Assembly (NCBI GenBank): GCA_964588925.1 | Contig: CAZPTI010000004.1 | Span: 633-64,632 of the forward strand | Origin: an uncultured Anaerolineales bacterium | GTDB taxonomy: Bacteria; Chloroflexota; Anaerolineae; CG2-30-64-16 | Length of the DNA stretch: 64,000 bases | Direction of reading: 5' to 3' | Shown here: one piece after another, positions 18,879 through 28,221 of the stretch | Position numbering within the stretch: the first letter of the stretch is position 1 | How the letters are laid out: the number at the start of each line of letters is the position of its first letter | The notes under the pieces: generated by a model | The model's input: only the letters and a program-made list of their open reading frames with translations | Told to the model about the DNA's origin: nothing | Database searches by the model: none | Made by a program: the position numbers and the translations under genes

Positions 18879-20621
18879 TTAACTGCTGAGAAGAACCCAC
18901 AGGATTAAGCTGGCGAGGATAAGCCAACCCAGATAACCTTCTCCCTCGCCCAGGGTGGCGAAGTACTGGAGACCGCCGGCAACGAACTTAAAGCCCGCGC
19001 CGACGCCCTTGTACAGCCACTCCAGCGCGGCAATATCCGCGATTGCGGCTTGCCAGCCGCGCATTTGTCCCAGAATCGCCTCGCGCCAGATGCCGAGCAG
19101 ACCCCCGAACAGCGCGGCAAGGGCAAGGCCCGCCCACACAGACCGTCGCGTCTCGAACATGATAGCGCGCAGGTTGGACGCGGCAGGGTCCAGGGGCGCG
19201 CCGGCCAGTGTCGCAAGCACGTTCGGCGCAAGCCCGAAGCCAATCAGAGGCACAGCCAGCAACACGACGGCCCCGCCAACGCGCAGCGCACCACGCCACG
19301 TAGCGCGTTCAGGGGGATCGTCCCGCGGCATATCACGGAAGACCGCCTCCCACAACGCTGCGACGAGCAGGATTTCGGACAGCAGCACGACGCCGAACAA
19401 CGGCGCCGCCAGGGCCGCGTCCGTGGGAAACACAAGGACGCTGTGGGCCATGAAGCCGACCGTACCGGGCAAGCCCCACAACGTCAGCGCCGCAAGGATA
19501 GAGGGCGCGCGCCAGCCAAATAGCTGCTGCGCCGGTTGCCCCGCCGCCAGCAACGCGCTGCCCAATCCGAAGGCTGCGACCGACCAGACCAGGGCGCCGG
19601 GTGAGGGGGAGGCCACGGTATAGGCGGCCAGCACCGCGAGACTGACGCGGTTCAATGCAATCCAACGCCAGCGCTGGTTCGGGTCTTCAGCAGTCCAGGC
19701 GACCAGCGCAGTGCCCAGCAGGGCCAGCGCGCCGAGCGCAATCCACTCGGGGCGGCGCAGCCAACCTTCGGGCGAAAGCGCATGCGCGCGGCCAAGCAAC
19801 CACAGCCCGGCGACCGGCGCAATCAGGTAAACGGGGATCCAATGATCCTTCTGCGTGGCGCCGTGGCCGGTGAGCCAGAAGTGAAACGGGTAAACCCCTG
19901 CGCGGATGAGCGCGGCCAGCCAGAGCAGGGAGAGCTCGACGTTGGTCAGCTTCGCGCCCGTGACCGAAGCCCGAATACCGTCTTCGCCGAGCAACGCCAG
20001 CAGGATGAGCAGCAACGCGCCGGCGACGGTGAGCATGCCCCACGCCCGCGCGGATGCCTCCTTTGCGCCAGCCAACCGCAGCCGAACCGCCAGAGCCGCA
20101 TCCAGCGCCACCCAGCAGCATGCCAGGGTGAGCAGGTTAGCCGACGTGACGAAGATCAGGGCGGCCGCGGCCAGCCAGAGCGTCCGCTCCGCCTCCGCGC
20201 CCACAAGGTCAAGGCGCGATCGCATACCGGGCGCCATGACCCCCTCACCCAGCAACAGCGCCGCCGCAGCCAGCGCGATGATAACCGCTGAAATAGTCCA
20301 ATTCCACGCGTCAACGCGCCACTCCAGCACGCTCCCGGCCACAGTCAGCGGCTGCCAGGTCCAGGCAAGCGCGGGCCGCGGGGACATGCCGCGCAGTTGC
20401 AGCAGCAGCGCAGTAGCCGCCAGCAGGGTGAGCAGGGCGAAGGGCGCGCGGAGATCGTAGAGCCAGGACCGTGGCAAATCGCTCAGGGGCCGGCCGGCGA
20501 TCATCTGGGCCAGCACCGCGTTCCGGCGCGCAACCCGCCGCAACACTGCCAGCACGATGCCGCCGAGGATCAGGATCAGCGCGGGACCCAGGGGATGAAG
20601 GAACAGGGATTGTAGGATCAT
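18879..20621 (-). CDS. NuoL/M/HyfF-like proton-antiporter-family membrane subunit (divergent)
   Basis: 580 aa. AALIRAGVYPFHFWLTGH corresponds to the GKSAQxPFHxWLPDA block, with Lys replaced by Arg and the PDA motif absent. Confidence 0.75.
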   Translation of the reverse strand: MILQSLFLHPLGPALILILGGIVLAVLRRVARRNAVLAQMIAGRPLSDLPRSWLYDLRAPFALLTLLAATALLLQLRGMSPRPALAWTWQPLTVAGSVLEWRVDAWNWTISAVIIALAAAALLLGEGVMAPGMRSRLDLVGAEAERTLWLAAAALIFVTSANLLTLACCWVALDAALAVRLRLAGAKEASARAWGMLTVAGALLLILLALLGEDGIRASVTGAKLTNVELSLLWLAALIRAGVYPFHFWLTGHGATQKDHWIPVYLIAPVAGLWLLGRAHALSPEGWLRRPEWIALGALALLGTALVAWTAEDPNQRWRWIALNRVSLAVLAAYTVASPSPGALVWSVAAFGLGSALLAAGQPAQQLFGWRAPSILAALTLWGLPGTVGFMAHSVLVFPTDAALAAPLFGVVLLSEILLVAALWEAVFRDMPRDDPPERATWRGALRVGGAVVLLAVPLIGFGLAPNVLATLAGAPLDPAASNLRAIMFETRRSVWAGLALAALFGGLLGIWREAILGQMRGWQAAIADIAALEWLYKGVGAGFKFVAGGLQYFATLGEGEGYLGWLILASLILWVLLSS

Positions 20622-20739
20622 TCTCGCGAGTAACGGGCATTGTACTCCCGCGCGGACGAAAAACCAAATCGAGTTAGGCTTCTGAGCCGCGCTGCGCTAT
20701 AATGGCGCGCTATCGAGTTTGAACGAGCCATCGCTTTCC

Positions 20740-22167
20740 ATGTCACAACGCCTGTCTCGAATCTCACGGCGACTGCTGACGGCCATCCGCGGCGTCGCGC
20801 TCCTGCTGCTTGCCCTGCGGCTCCTTGCCCCGGTCCTCTCGGAAGACCTCGCCTGGGGACTCTGGCCCGCGACGTATCTGCCCCTCGCCGCGCAGTGGCT
20901 GCTTGCCCTGCTCGCCGCGATTTTTGTCGTGTTCGGTGAGCGCCTGTGGACTGTCGCAGAGCCGCTGCGCGCCGTATTAAGCCGCGTGTCGTTCCGCAGC
21001 TTCGGTTTGCGGCTGGCGATTTCGCTCATCGCAGGTGCGTTCTTCTACGTCTTCCGCATCCGCCACCTTGGTTGGGGTGACGCGGAACTGCTCATTAAGG
21101 CGCTTGACGACCCTTACCGGATCACATACATCTGGCAGGCGCCGCTGGACATCTTCATCCACGCGCGCGGATTCCAGATCGGCAGCGTCCTCTTCGGCTG
21201 GCAGGACCCTACGCCCGTCTACAACATCCTGAGCGCGCTTGCCGGCGTTGTCTTTGTGTGGACGCTCCTCGGTGTGGCAATGCTGCTTGGTCGCAACCGC
21301 ACCGAACGTTTCCTCGTCGTGGGCGTCGTTGGCACGCTCGGCATCATGCAGCTCTTCTTCGGGTACATCGAAAACTACCCGATTATGACGCTCGGCGTGC
21401 TGCTGTACGTGTGGGCCGCGCTCCGCTACCTGCGCGGCGAACTGGCGCTCGTCTGGGTCGCGACCATCCTCGCGATCACCCACGCATTCCATCCGTCCAC
21501 GATCATCTTGACGCCCAGCCTTTTGTATCTGGCCTTCTTCGTCGCACCGGTTCGTTCATGGAACGGGCAGACTGCGCAAAGCGTCTTGAATGTTGACAGG
21601 CTGCGTGTTGACTGGCGCAGGCTGTTGAGCGTGGCAGCGCCCTATGCGCTCGTCTTTGGCGGCGTTGTGGCGCTTATGTCAGGCGGGCAGCACGGGCTGG
21701 ACGCGCTGATGGGCGTGGATTTTCCGGGCGGCGGAGACCGTAGCTGGTTCGTGCCGCTGTTTAACATCACGACCGAGTGGCAGCACTACACGATGTTCTC
21801 GTGGGGCCACCTGGTCGACATCGTCAACCAACAACTGCTGGTCGCGCCGATGGTGTGGCCCACGCTGATCCTGATCGCGGTCTTTGCGTGGCGTCGCATC
21901 CCAAAGGGCGAACCGCTCGGCCGCTACCTCGCCTTGATGGCGGGGTTTTATCTAGTGTTGACGCTGACGTGGAACGCGGACTACGGGGGGCAGAAGGACT
22001 GGGACCTTTTCTCTCCCGCGTCCCTGCCGGCCGCGCTGCTGCTGGCCTGGGCGCTGCCGCGGGCCTTGCCCGAACGCCGGGCCTTGCGCGCGGCAGGCTG
22101 GGCCATCGTCGCCACGCAGGCGGTTAATCTGCTGACGTGGGTGTGGCGGAATACGCTGCCTCGTTGA
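20740..22167 (+). CDS. polytopic membrane protein, GT-C/DUF2723-like (function uncertain)
   Basis: ORF from TTG 20719, ATG at 20740. More than 10 TM helices. Loop motif HLGWGDAELLIKAL is reminiscent of GT-C glycosyltransferase first loops. Confidence 0.7.
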   Translation: MSQRLSRISRRLLTAIRGVALLLLALRLLAPVLSEDLAWGLWPATYLPLAAQWLLALLAAIFVVFGERLWTVAEPLRAVLSRVSFRSFGLRLAISLIAGAFFYVFRIRHLGWGDAELLIKALDDPYRITYIWQAPLDIFIHARGFQIGSVLFGWQDPTPVYNILSALAGVVFVWTLLGVAMLLGRNRTERFLVVGVVGTLGIMQLFFGYIENYPIMTLGVLLYVWAALRYLRGELALVWVATILAITHAFHPSTIILTPSLLYLAFFVAPVRSWNGQTAQSVLNVDRLRVDWRRLLSVAAPYALVFGGVVALMSGGQHGLDALMGVDFPGGGDRSWFVPLFNITTEWQHYTMFSWGHLVDIVNQQLLVAPMVWPTLILIAVFAWRRIPKGEPLGRYLALMAGFYLVLTLTWNADYGGQKDWDLFSPASLPAALLLAWALPRALPERRALRAAGWAIVATQAVNLLTWVWRNTLPR

Positions 22168-22329
22168 CGTTTATAACAACGGGGCGGGTCGCTGGCAACC
22201 GGCGCAATGCGGATCGTAATGCGCCGTTGGTATAGTAAATTGCTGCAACGGCAATTCGGCCCAAGGTATTATTGCGAAATTCTGAACAAGCAGGGTGAGA
22301 GCAGGCGGCCTGGGCCAAGGGAGGCCAGA

Positions 22330-23403
22330 GTGTCAGAACTACGTCGTGACCCGGTGATGGGGCGATGGGTCATTATCGCTCCAGAACGCGGGCTGCGCCC
22401 GGACCAGGCGCCCGTGATCACCGCAAGTCGCCAACCCGGGCCTTGCGTCTTCTGCGAGGGGCAGGAGTCGCTTGACCCAACCGAAATCTTCGCGATTCGC
22501 TCCGCCGGTACGGCAAAAAACACGCCCGGCTGGAATGTGCGCGTCCTGCCCAACAAGTTCCCCGTCCTGCGCATCGAGGGCAAGCTGGTCCGCGAGGGCG
22601 TGGGCATGTTCGACATGATGAGCGGCGTCGGCGCGCACGAAGTCATCGTCGAGACGCCCGGCCACACGCAGGAACTGGCCGACCTGTCCGAGCAGCAAAT
22701 CTGCGATGTGCTGACCGCCTACCGCGAACGCATGTCGGACCTGAGCGGCGACGATCGCTTCAAGTACGTGCTCATCTTCAAGAATCAGGGCTACGCGGCC
22801 GGCGCGACGATGTCGCACGCGCACTCGCAACTTATCGCGACGCCGGTCACGCCCAAGCGCGTCAAGGAAGAGCTGGCCGGCAGCCAGCGCTACTACGACT
22901 TTAAGCGCCGCTGCGTCTTCTGCGACATCATCAAGCAGGAAACGCGGCTGACGCGCGAGCGCATCGTCTTCGAGAACGACCTGTTCCTCGTGGTGTCGCC
23001 GTTCGCGGCGCGCGTCCCTTTCGAGACGTGGATCCTGCCCAAGCAGCACAACAGCGACTACATCACCATCAATGCTGCTGAATTCGGGGCGCTCTCGCAG
23101 GCGCTCAAGACCGTGTTGCTTAAAATGCGGTACGCGCTGAACGATCCGCCCTTCAACTTTCTGATCCACACTGCGCCGTTCCGCCGCCCGCGGCCGGGGT
23201 ACTGGTCAACCATCCAGTTCGACTATCACTGGCATCTGGAGATCATCCCGCGGCTGACGCGGCCCGCGGGCTTTGAGGAGGGGTCGGGATTCTTCATTAA
23301 TCCCGTCTCGCCGGAGGAAGCCGCCGACGTGCTGGCTCAGGCGCCGCTCCAGCCGAAGGTGCTTGAGCTGCCTTCGAGTCCTGGGCTTGCGGTGGCCGCC
23401 TAG
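22330..23403 (+). CDS. galT: galactose-1-phosphate uridylyltransferase (HIT superfamily, GalT type)
   Basis: GTG at 22330 is preceded by GGGAGG. ELRRDPVMGRWVIIAPERGLRP, CVFCEG zinc site, SHAHSQLIA HxHxQ active site. Confidence 0.85.
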   Translation: MSELRRDPVMGRWVIIAPERGLRPDQAPVITASRQPGPCVFCEGQESLDPTEIFAIRSAGTAKNTPGWNVRVLPNKFPVLRIEGKLVREGVGMFDMMSGVGAHEVIVETPGHTQELADLSEQQICDVLTAYRERMSDLSGDDRFKYVLIFKNQGYAAGATMSHAHSQLIATPVTPKRVKEELAGSQRYYDFKRRCVFCDIIKQETRLTRERIVFENDLFLVVSPFAARVPFETWILPKQHNSDYITINAAEFGALSQALKTVLLKMRYALNDPPFNFLIHTAPFRRPRPGYWSTIQFDYHWHLEIIPRLTRPAGFEEGSGFFINPVSPEEAADVLAQAPLQPKVLELPSSPGLAVAA

Positions 23404-23421
23404 ACATTCCAGACGCGAAGA

Positions 23422-23472
23422 AGGGCTCAGAGATGTGACGCAAGTTGCCGTGCTTGCGCCTCTCTGAGCCCT
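23422..23472. terminator. nested hairpin between convergent galT and ABC permease
   Basis: AGGGCTCAGAG ... CTCTGAGCCCT (11-bp stem) enclosing the inner hairpin GCGCAAG-N8-CTTGCGC. Confidence 0.5.
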
Positions 23473-23496
23473 CTGCGCCCTCTGTGGCTAACGCCG

Positions 23497-26115
23497 TTAT
23501 TCGTACCGTAACGCGGCGATCATCTCCATATTCGCCGCGCGCCGCGCCGGCGCCAGAGCGGCCAGCAGGCCGAACACCAGGCCGATGACCACGGTCAGGA
23601 TGACGCCGGTCCACGGGAAGTAGAACTGCACCGGGAAGCCGGCCCCCGCAAACGCCACGACCATTACGTAGCCCAGATACAGCCCGGCCAGGATGCCGAA
23701 CGTCGTGCCGAACGCGGCCAGCAGCAGCGCCTCCGCCGTCACCATCCGCTTCACCTGCCGCTGGGTCGCGCCCACTGCCCGGATCATGCCGATTTCGCGC
23801 GTCCGCTCCAGCACGCCGATAGCAAGCGTGTTCAGCATGGCGATCAGCGCCGGGATCGCCAGGAACGCGAACAGGATGTAGATGGCCGAGAACGCGACCT
23901 CGAAGATCTGCTCGTTCTGCTGGCGGTACTCCCGGCCCGACACGAGGGAGAACTGCGGGAAGTTTCGCTTGATCTCCTTCAGCGCGGGCTCGACCGTCGC
24001 CGCATCAGCCCCCTGCGCCAGATTGAGCTGCACGAACACATCCTGCGTCACGCCGAAGTCCGTCGCCATCTGCGCCTGCGAGATGTACCCGGTCACGATC
24101 TTCGTGTTAAGGTAGTCGCCGCCGATGGCGACGACGCGATAGTCCTGCTTGCCCTGCGGCGTGATCATCGGCACCACGTCGCCCACCTTGACGCCCGCGG
24201 TCGCTGCGAACGGCCCGTTGACGATCATCGCTCGCTCGTCGCCTTGCAGCGCAGCATAGGATGCGCTTGGATCGCCCTCAGTGAACGACAGCCCTGCCAC
24301 CTGCGGATAGGCAACCGGATCGATGCCGAGCAGCGTCACCATCACGCCCTTCGACGTATCGCCGGTCTGGAACTTCTTGCTGGCCGCGGTCTCCGGCGGC
24401 TTCACATCCGCAATCGACTGCGCGAACCGCAGCGAGCTGACCGTCTCCACGCCGTCCACCTGCTTGAGTTGCTCGACCATGCTCTCGTTCGCGCCCACGT
24501 TGTTCCCCCACACGGCCACCGCGGGCGGGATAAACAGGTAGTCGCTGCCCAGGCTCTTGCGCATCACGCCGGTGAAGCCGTTGTCAATGCTCACGGCCAG
24601 CTCGCCCGCGGCCACGATAATCGCCAGCGCGACGAGCGTCGTGCTCGCCGTCACGGCTACGCGGGTTGGCTGTCGCGTCAGATTGCCCTGCGCCAGATAG
24701 CCCGTGCCCTCGCGCGCAAACAGCTTCCCGATGATCGCGCCGAAGAACAGCGCGATGGGCCGGATCATCGCGGGTGCGATGAGCACCAGGCCGAACAGGA
24801 ACAGCAGCGCGCCGACGCTGACAAGCTGCGCATTGCCCGCAAAGAGGACGACGAGCGCCAGCGCCACGAACATGATCCCGATGATCGCGCTGACGCCCAG
24901 GCTGCGCCGCTGCTTCACGGCATCCACCGTCGGCCGCAGCGCCTCGATCGGTGTCACGCGCCCGGCCTGCAGCGCCGGGAACAGCCCCGCCAGCAGCGTC
25001 CCGCCGACACCCAGAATAATCGAGACGATCAGGATCGCGGGCGAGAACGACGGCGCGCCCATCTTGACGTGGATCATCTCCTCCATCTTCGGGCTGGCCG
25101 CGGCCAGCGCGCCGAACGCCAGCAGATAACCGAAAGCGATGCCGAGCGCAGTGCCAACCACGCCCTGGATCAGCCCTTCTGTGAGGATCAGCCAGAGCAC
25201 GGTGCGGCGGCTCGCGCCGATGGCCCGCAACATGCCGAGGTCCCGCCGCCGTTCCGCCACAATGGTGCGGAACGTGTTGAAGATGATGAACGCGCCCATG
25301 AACAGCGCCAGGAACCCGAACGCGGTCATGAGCGACTGCGCGATTTGCAGGTTGGCGAACATATCGCTGCTCGTCGAGAGCGCATTGTAGTCGAACGTAT
25401 CGCCCAGTTTCGCCTTGATTGCCGCCTCGACGGCCTCGCGGCTCGCCTTATCCGCGCCATTCGTGTAGTTCGCCTCGACGGCAGTGATCTGCCCCGGCAT
25501 GCCGAGCAGCTTCTGCGCTTCGGTCAGCGTCACGACGACTTCCTCATTGCCCGGCCGCGCGCGGGGCGGGTGGATGCCCACGATGGTCAGCTCGGTCAGT
25601 CCGCCGGTCGCGGGCAGCGCCAGCTTATCGCCCACCTTCAAGCCGAGGTTGTCGGCCAGGCTGCTCGAAAAGACCGCAGCGTCCGTATCGCCGGGCTGCA
25701 GGAAGCGCCCCTCCTGGATCACATAGTTGCGGATCCCCCGTGATGCGACGGGGTCCAGCCCGACCAGGTTAACCAGCGTCACCGCATCCGGCTTCTGCGG
25801 ATCGTTGTCGTAGAAGTCCGCCGGCAGGTTGACGGGCCGTTCGAGCATCCCATGCGCGATCGCGATCCCCTCGGTTGACTGCACCTGCGCGAGAACATCC
25901 GGCGAGAAGCCGCCGCCCGTCCGCAGCGTCACTGTCAGGTCGACCGTATTGGAAACCGACAACATCGTCGCCTGAAACGCAGCCATCATGCTCGGCACCA
26001 GGATATTCATGCCGAAGATCACCAGCACGCCGAACATGACGGCGAGTGTGGTGAGAAACGAGCGCAGCCTGCGCCCGGAGAGATAGCGTAACGCCAGTGT
26101 GAGTTGGAGCTTCAT
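23497..26115 (-). CDS. ABC transporter permease, double FtsX/MacB-type
   Basis: 872 aa. Two FtsX 4-TM modules, each preceded by a large extracytoplasmic domain. Confidence 0.9.
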   Translation of the reverse strand: MKLQLTLALRYLSGRRLRSFLTTLAVMFGVLVIFGMNILVPSMMAAFQATMLSVSNTVDLTVTLRTGGGFSPDVLAQVQSTEGIAIAHGMLERPVNLPADFYDNDPQKPDAVTLVNLVGLDPVASRGIRNYVIQEGRFLQPGDTDAAVFSSSLADNLGLKVGDKLALPATGGLTELTIVGIHPPRARPGNEEVVVTLTEAQKLLGMPGQITAVEANYTNGADKASREAVEAAIKAKLGDTFDYNALSTSSDMFANLQIAQSLMTAFGFLALFMGAFIIFNTFRTIVAERRRDLGMLRAIGASRRTVLWLILTEGLIQGVVGTALGIAFGYLLAFGALAAASPKMEEMIHVKMGAPSFSPAILIVSIILGVGGTLLAGLFPALQAGRVTPIEALRPTVDAVKQRRSLGVSAIIGIMFVALALVVLFAGNAQLVSVGALLFLFGLVLIAPAMIRPIALFFGAIIGKLFAREGTGYLAQGNLTRQPTRVAVTASTTLVALAIIVAAGELAVSIDNGFTGVMRKSLGSDYLFIPPAVAVWGNNVGANESMVEQLKQVDGVETVSSLRFAQSIADVKPPETAASKKFQTGDTSKGVMVTLLGIDPVAYPQVAGLSFTEGDPSASYAALQGDERAMIVNGPFAATAGVKVGDVVPMITPQGKQDYRVVAIGGDYLNTKIVTGYISQAQMATDFGVTQDVFVQLNLAQGADAATVEPALKEIKRNFPQFSLVSGREYRQQNEQIFEVAFSAIYILFAFLAIPALIAMLNTLAIGVLERTREIGMIRAVGATQRQVKRMVTAEALLLAAFGTTFGILAGLYLGYVMVVAFAGAGFPVQFYFPWTGVILTVVIGLVFGLLAALAPARRAANMEMIAALRYE

Positions 26116-26125
26116 GGCCGCCTCC

Positions 26126-26863
26126 TTAGAAGGCTTCCACCCTTTCTTTCAGCAGCGCGGCGCCCGTGTTGACGTCCGACGTCAGACGGGTGTCGTCGAT
26201 CACCTTGCCGTCCTTCAGGAAGACGATTCGGTCCGCATAGGCCGCGATGCGCGGGTCGTGTGTGACCATCACCACGCTGCGGCCCCACTCGCCGGCCACC
26301 TGCTTGAGCAGCGCGGCGATTTCGTCCGCGGCCTTCGTGTCGAGGTTGCCGGTTGGCTCGTCCGCAAGGATCAGCGCCGGTTCCGCCACGAGCGCGCGCG
26401 CCACGGCCACGCGCTGCTGCTGCCCGCCGGAAAGCTGGTCGGGCCGGTGCGTCTTGCGGCTGCTCATGTCGACGCGCTCCAGCCACTCGCCCGCGCGCTT
26501 GCGCGCCTCGGGCAGCGGCAGGCCGTCGAGCATCAACGGCAGCGCGGCGTTCTCCACCGCATCCAGCACCGGGATCAGGTTGAAGAACTGAAACACGAAC
26601 CCCATGCGGCGGCGGCGCAGCTCGGCCAGCGCAGTGTCGCTGAGGTCGCTCAGCGACTGCCCGTCAATCTTGACTGCGCCCGACGTGGGTCGGTCGAGCC
26701 CACCGAGCAGGTGCAGCAGCGTCGACTTGCCGCAGCCGCTCGGCCCCATCACGGCCACGAACTCCCCGCGCTCGATGCGCAGGTTGACGTGGTCGAGCGC
26801 GGTCACGGCGGTCTCGCCCTTGCCGTAGACTTTCGTCAGCCCAATTGCCTCGATGAGTGCCAT
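26126..26863 (-). CDS. ABC transporter ATP-binding protein (MacB/LolD family)
   Basis: Walker [10 protein letters not shown], signature [15 protein letters not shown], Walker B LILADEPT. Confidence 0.95.
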   Translation of the reverse strand: MALIEAIGLTKVYGKGETAVTALDHVNLRIERGEFVAVMGPSGCGKSTLLHLLGGLDRPTSGAVKIDGQSLSDLSDTALAELRRRRMGFVFQFFNLIPVLDAVENAALPLMLDGLPLPEARKRAGEWLERVDMSSRKTHRPDQLSGGQQQRVAVARALVAEPALILADEPTGNLDTKAADEIAALLKQVAGEWGRSVVMVTHDPRIAAYADRIVFLKDGKVIDDTRLTSDVNTGAALLKERVEAF

Positions 26864-26874
26864 AGAGTTACTCC

Positions 26875-27468
26875 TTATGCCCTCGCGAGCTCTTTCCTCG
26901 GCCGGCCGCGCGGTTTCGGTTCCGGTTTTGGCGCGGGCTGCCGCTTGATTTCGTCCAGTCGCTGCTCAACGATGTCGAGCCAGCGCAGGTTTGCCTCCAG
27001 GTGCATGATCACCTGATCCAACAGCAGGATTTGCGCGAGCTGGCGTCGCGGGTCGCACGCAGTGCGCCGCGCTGTGATGTCGTGCAACTCGCGATACAGA
27101 TGCCCGCGCTGCGTGTAGATCAGCCGGCGCGGATCCGCGATACCGGTGGCGATGCTCAACATCAGCTTGAGAAAGAACTCGTCCCGCTGGTGCTCGCTCG
27201 GCACGGGCTGCGCCATCCACTCGGCCAGCTCGCGGCGTCCCGCGTCCGTAATCGCGAAGATGCGCTTCTCCGGGCCGCCGTCCTGCTCGACCGCCTCCTG
27301 CTCGACCAGCCCCGCTTCTTCCAGCCGCGCGAGCGTCGTGTACACCTGACCAGGTTTCACGTCCCAGTTCGCCTGCCCGCCGACCACGGCCTCAAACGCC
27401 GCGTGCAGCTCGTATCCGTGCCGCGGTTCCTGGGCCAGCAGCCCGAGCAGGCTGTTCCGCACCGACAT
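26875..27468 (-). CDS. PadR family transcriptional regulator
   Basis: LLGLLAQEPRHGYEL...VYTTLARLEEAGLV winged helix, with a long C-terminal extension. Confidence 0.9.
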   Translation of the reverse strand: MSVRNSLLGLLAQEPRHGYELHAAFEAVVGGQANWDVKPGQVYTTLARLEEAGLVEQEAVEQDGGPEKRIFAITDAGRRELAEWMAQPVPSEHQRDEFFLKLMLSIATGIADPRRLIYTQRGHLYRELHDITARRTACDPRRQLAQILLLDQVIMHLEANLRWLDIVEQRLDEIKRQPAPKPEPKPRGRPRKELARA

Positions 27469-27504
27469 GACGCATCCTTTCGGTCATTTTCTCGCTCGGA
27501 TAAA

Positions 27505-27533
27505 ACTATACTACGAGTTAGTAATTTAGTCAA
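27505..27533 (-). promoter_or_regulatory. sigma-70-type promoter of padR-ABC operon
   Basis: Minus strand reads TTGACT, 17 nt, TATAGT. Confidence 0.6.
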
Positions 27534-27615
27534 TAGGGCGAAGCTGACGCTAAGCTGACATCACAAGTGTCAAAGATTGAAGGAAAGGCGTGAGTATGGT
27601 AGGATATGGGTACAA

Positions 27616-27689
27616 GCCCCCGTAGCTCAGGTGGATAGAGCGAGGCACTCCTAACGCCTAGGCCGTTGGTTCGAATCCAACCGGGGGTA
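27616..27689 (+). tRNA. tRNA-Arg (anticodon CCT)
   Basis: Hand-folded 74-nt cloverleaf: acceptor GCCCCCG/CGGGGGT, D stem GCTC/GAGC, anticodon loop CTCCTAA, T arm GTTGG-TTCGAAT-CCAAC. Confidence 0.9.
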
Positions 27690-27702
27690 CCTATTCGTAG
27701 TG

Positions 27703-27924
27703 ATGAGCAGGATCATGGCGCGAGAGTTGATTTTCCTGGTGGAGGAAGCCGAAGAGGGCGGCTACACCGCGCGCGCTCTCGGCGAATCGATCTTCACACA
27801 GGCAGACACCTGGGAAGAACTGCGCGAGGCCGTGCAGGACGCGACTCGCTGTCATTTTGATGAAAAGGACAAGCCCGCGCTCCTGCGTCTTCACTTCGTG
27901 CGGGAGGAAGTTCTGGCCGCATGA
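27703..27924 (+). CDS. hicB: HicB-family antitoxin
   Basis: About 73 aa. LIFLVEEAEEGGYTARALGESIFTQADTWEELREAVQDA matches the HicB/UPF0150 N-domain. Starts possible at GTG 27700, ATG 27703 or ATG 27715. Confidence 0.75.
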   Translation: MSRIMARELIFLVEEAEEGGYTARALGESIFTQADTWEELREAVQDATRCHFDEKDKPALLRLHFVREEVLAA

Positions 27925-28166
27925 AGACTCCCCGAGACATCGACGGTGATGAACTCGCGGCGTTTCTGGCGCGTTTTGGCTATGTCATCACGCGGCAAGT
28001 TGGCAGCCACATGCGGCTCACCACCAACCGTGGTGGCGAACATCATGTCACAATCCCCCGGCATCGACCACTGAAGTTAGGCACGTTGAACGCTATCCTG
28101 CGAGATGTGGCGGACCATCTCAAAATGTCGCGCGACGAGTTGATGCGTTTCCTTGTCGAGAGATAG
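27921..28166 (+). CDS. hicA: HicA-family mRNA interferase toxin
   Basis: 81 aa. LAAFLARFGYVITRQVGSHMRL...HHVTIPRH is YcfA/HicA-like. ATGA overlap with hicB. Confidence 0.8.
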   Translation: MKTPRDIDGDELAAFLARFGYVITRQVGSHMRLTTNRGGEHHVTIPRHRPLKLGTLNAILRDVADHLKMSRDELMRFLVER

Positions 28167-28169
28167 ATG

Positions 28170-28220
28170 GAGCGAGGCACTCCTAACGCCCAGGCCAAGC
28201 GTTCGAGTCGCTCCGGGGTA
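28170..28220 (+). pseudogene. tRNA-Arg(CCT) 3' fragment (anticodon arm to acceptor 3' strand)
   Basis: GAGCGAGGCACTCCTAACGCC-C-AGGCC matches the tRNA-Arg anticodon arm (27 nt, 1 mismatch). A different T arm follows (AAGCG-TTCGAGT-CGCTC), then CGGGGTA. There is no 5' half. Confidence 0.7.
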
Positions 28221-28221
28221 C

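Larger units (their letters stand above)
27638..28190 (+). mobile_element. putative degenerate integrated islet at tRNA-Arg (cargo: hicBA), bounded by 21-nt direct repeats
   Basis: GAGCGAGGCACTCCTAACGCC occurs at 27638-27658 (inside the tRNA) and again at 28170-28190. No integrase is present. Confidence 0.45.

Noticed and set aside
24244-25743. 499-aa plus-strand ORF
   Set aside because: It is antisense to the FtsX permease, with no TM or domain features.
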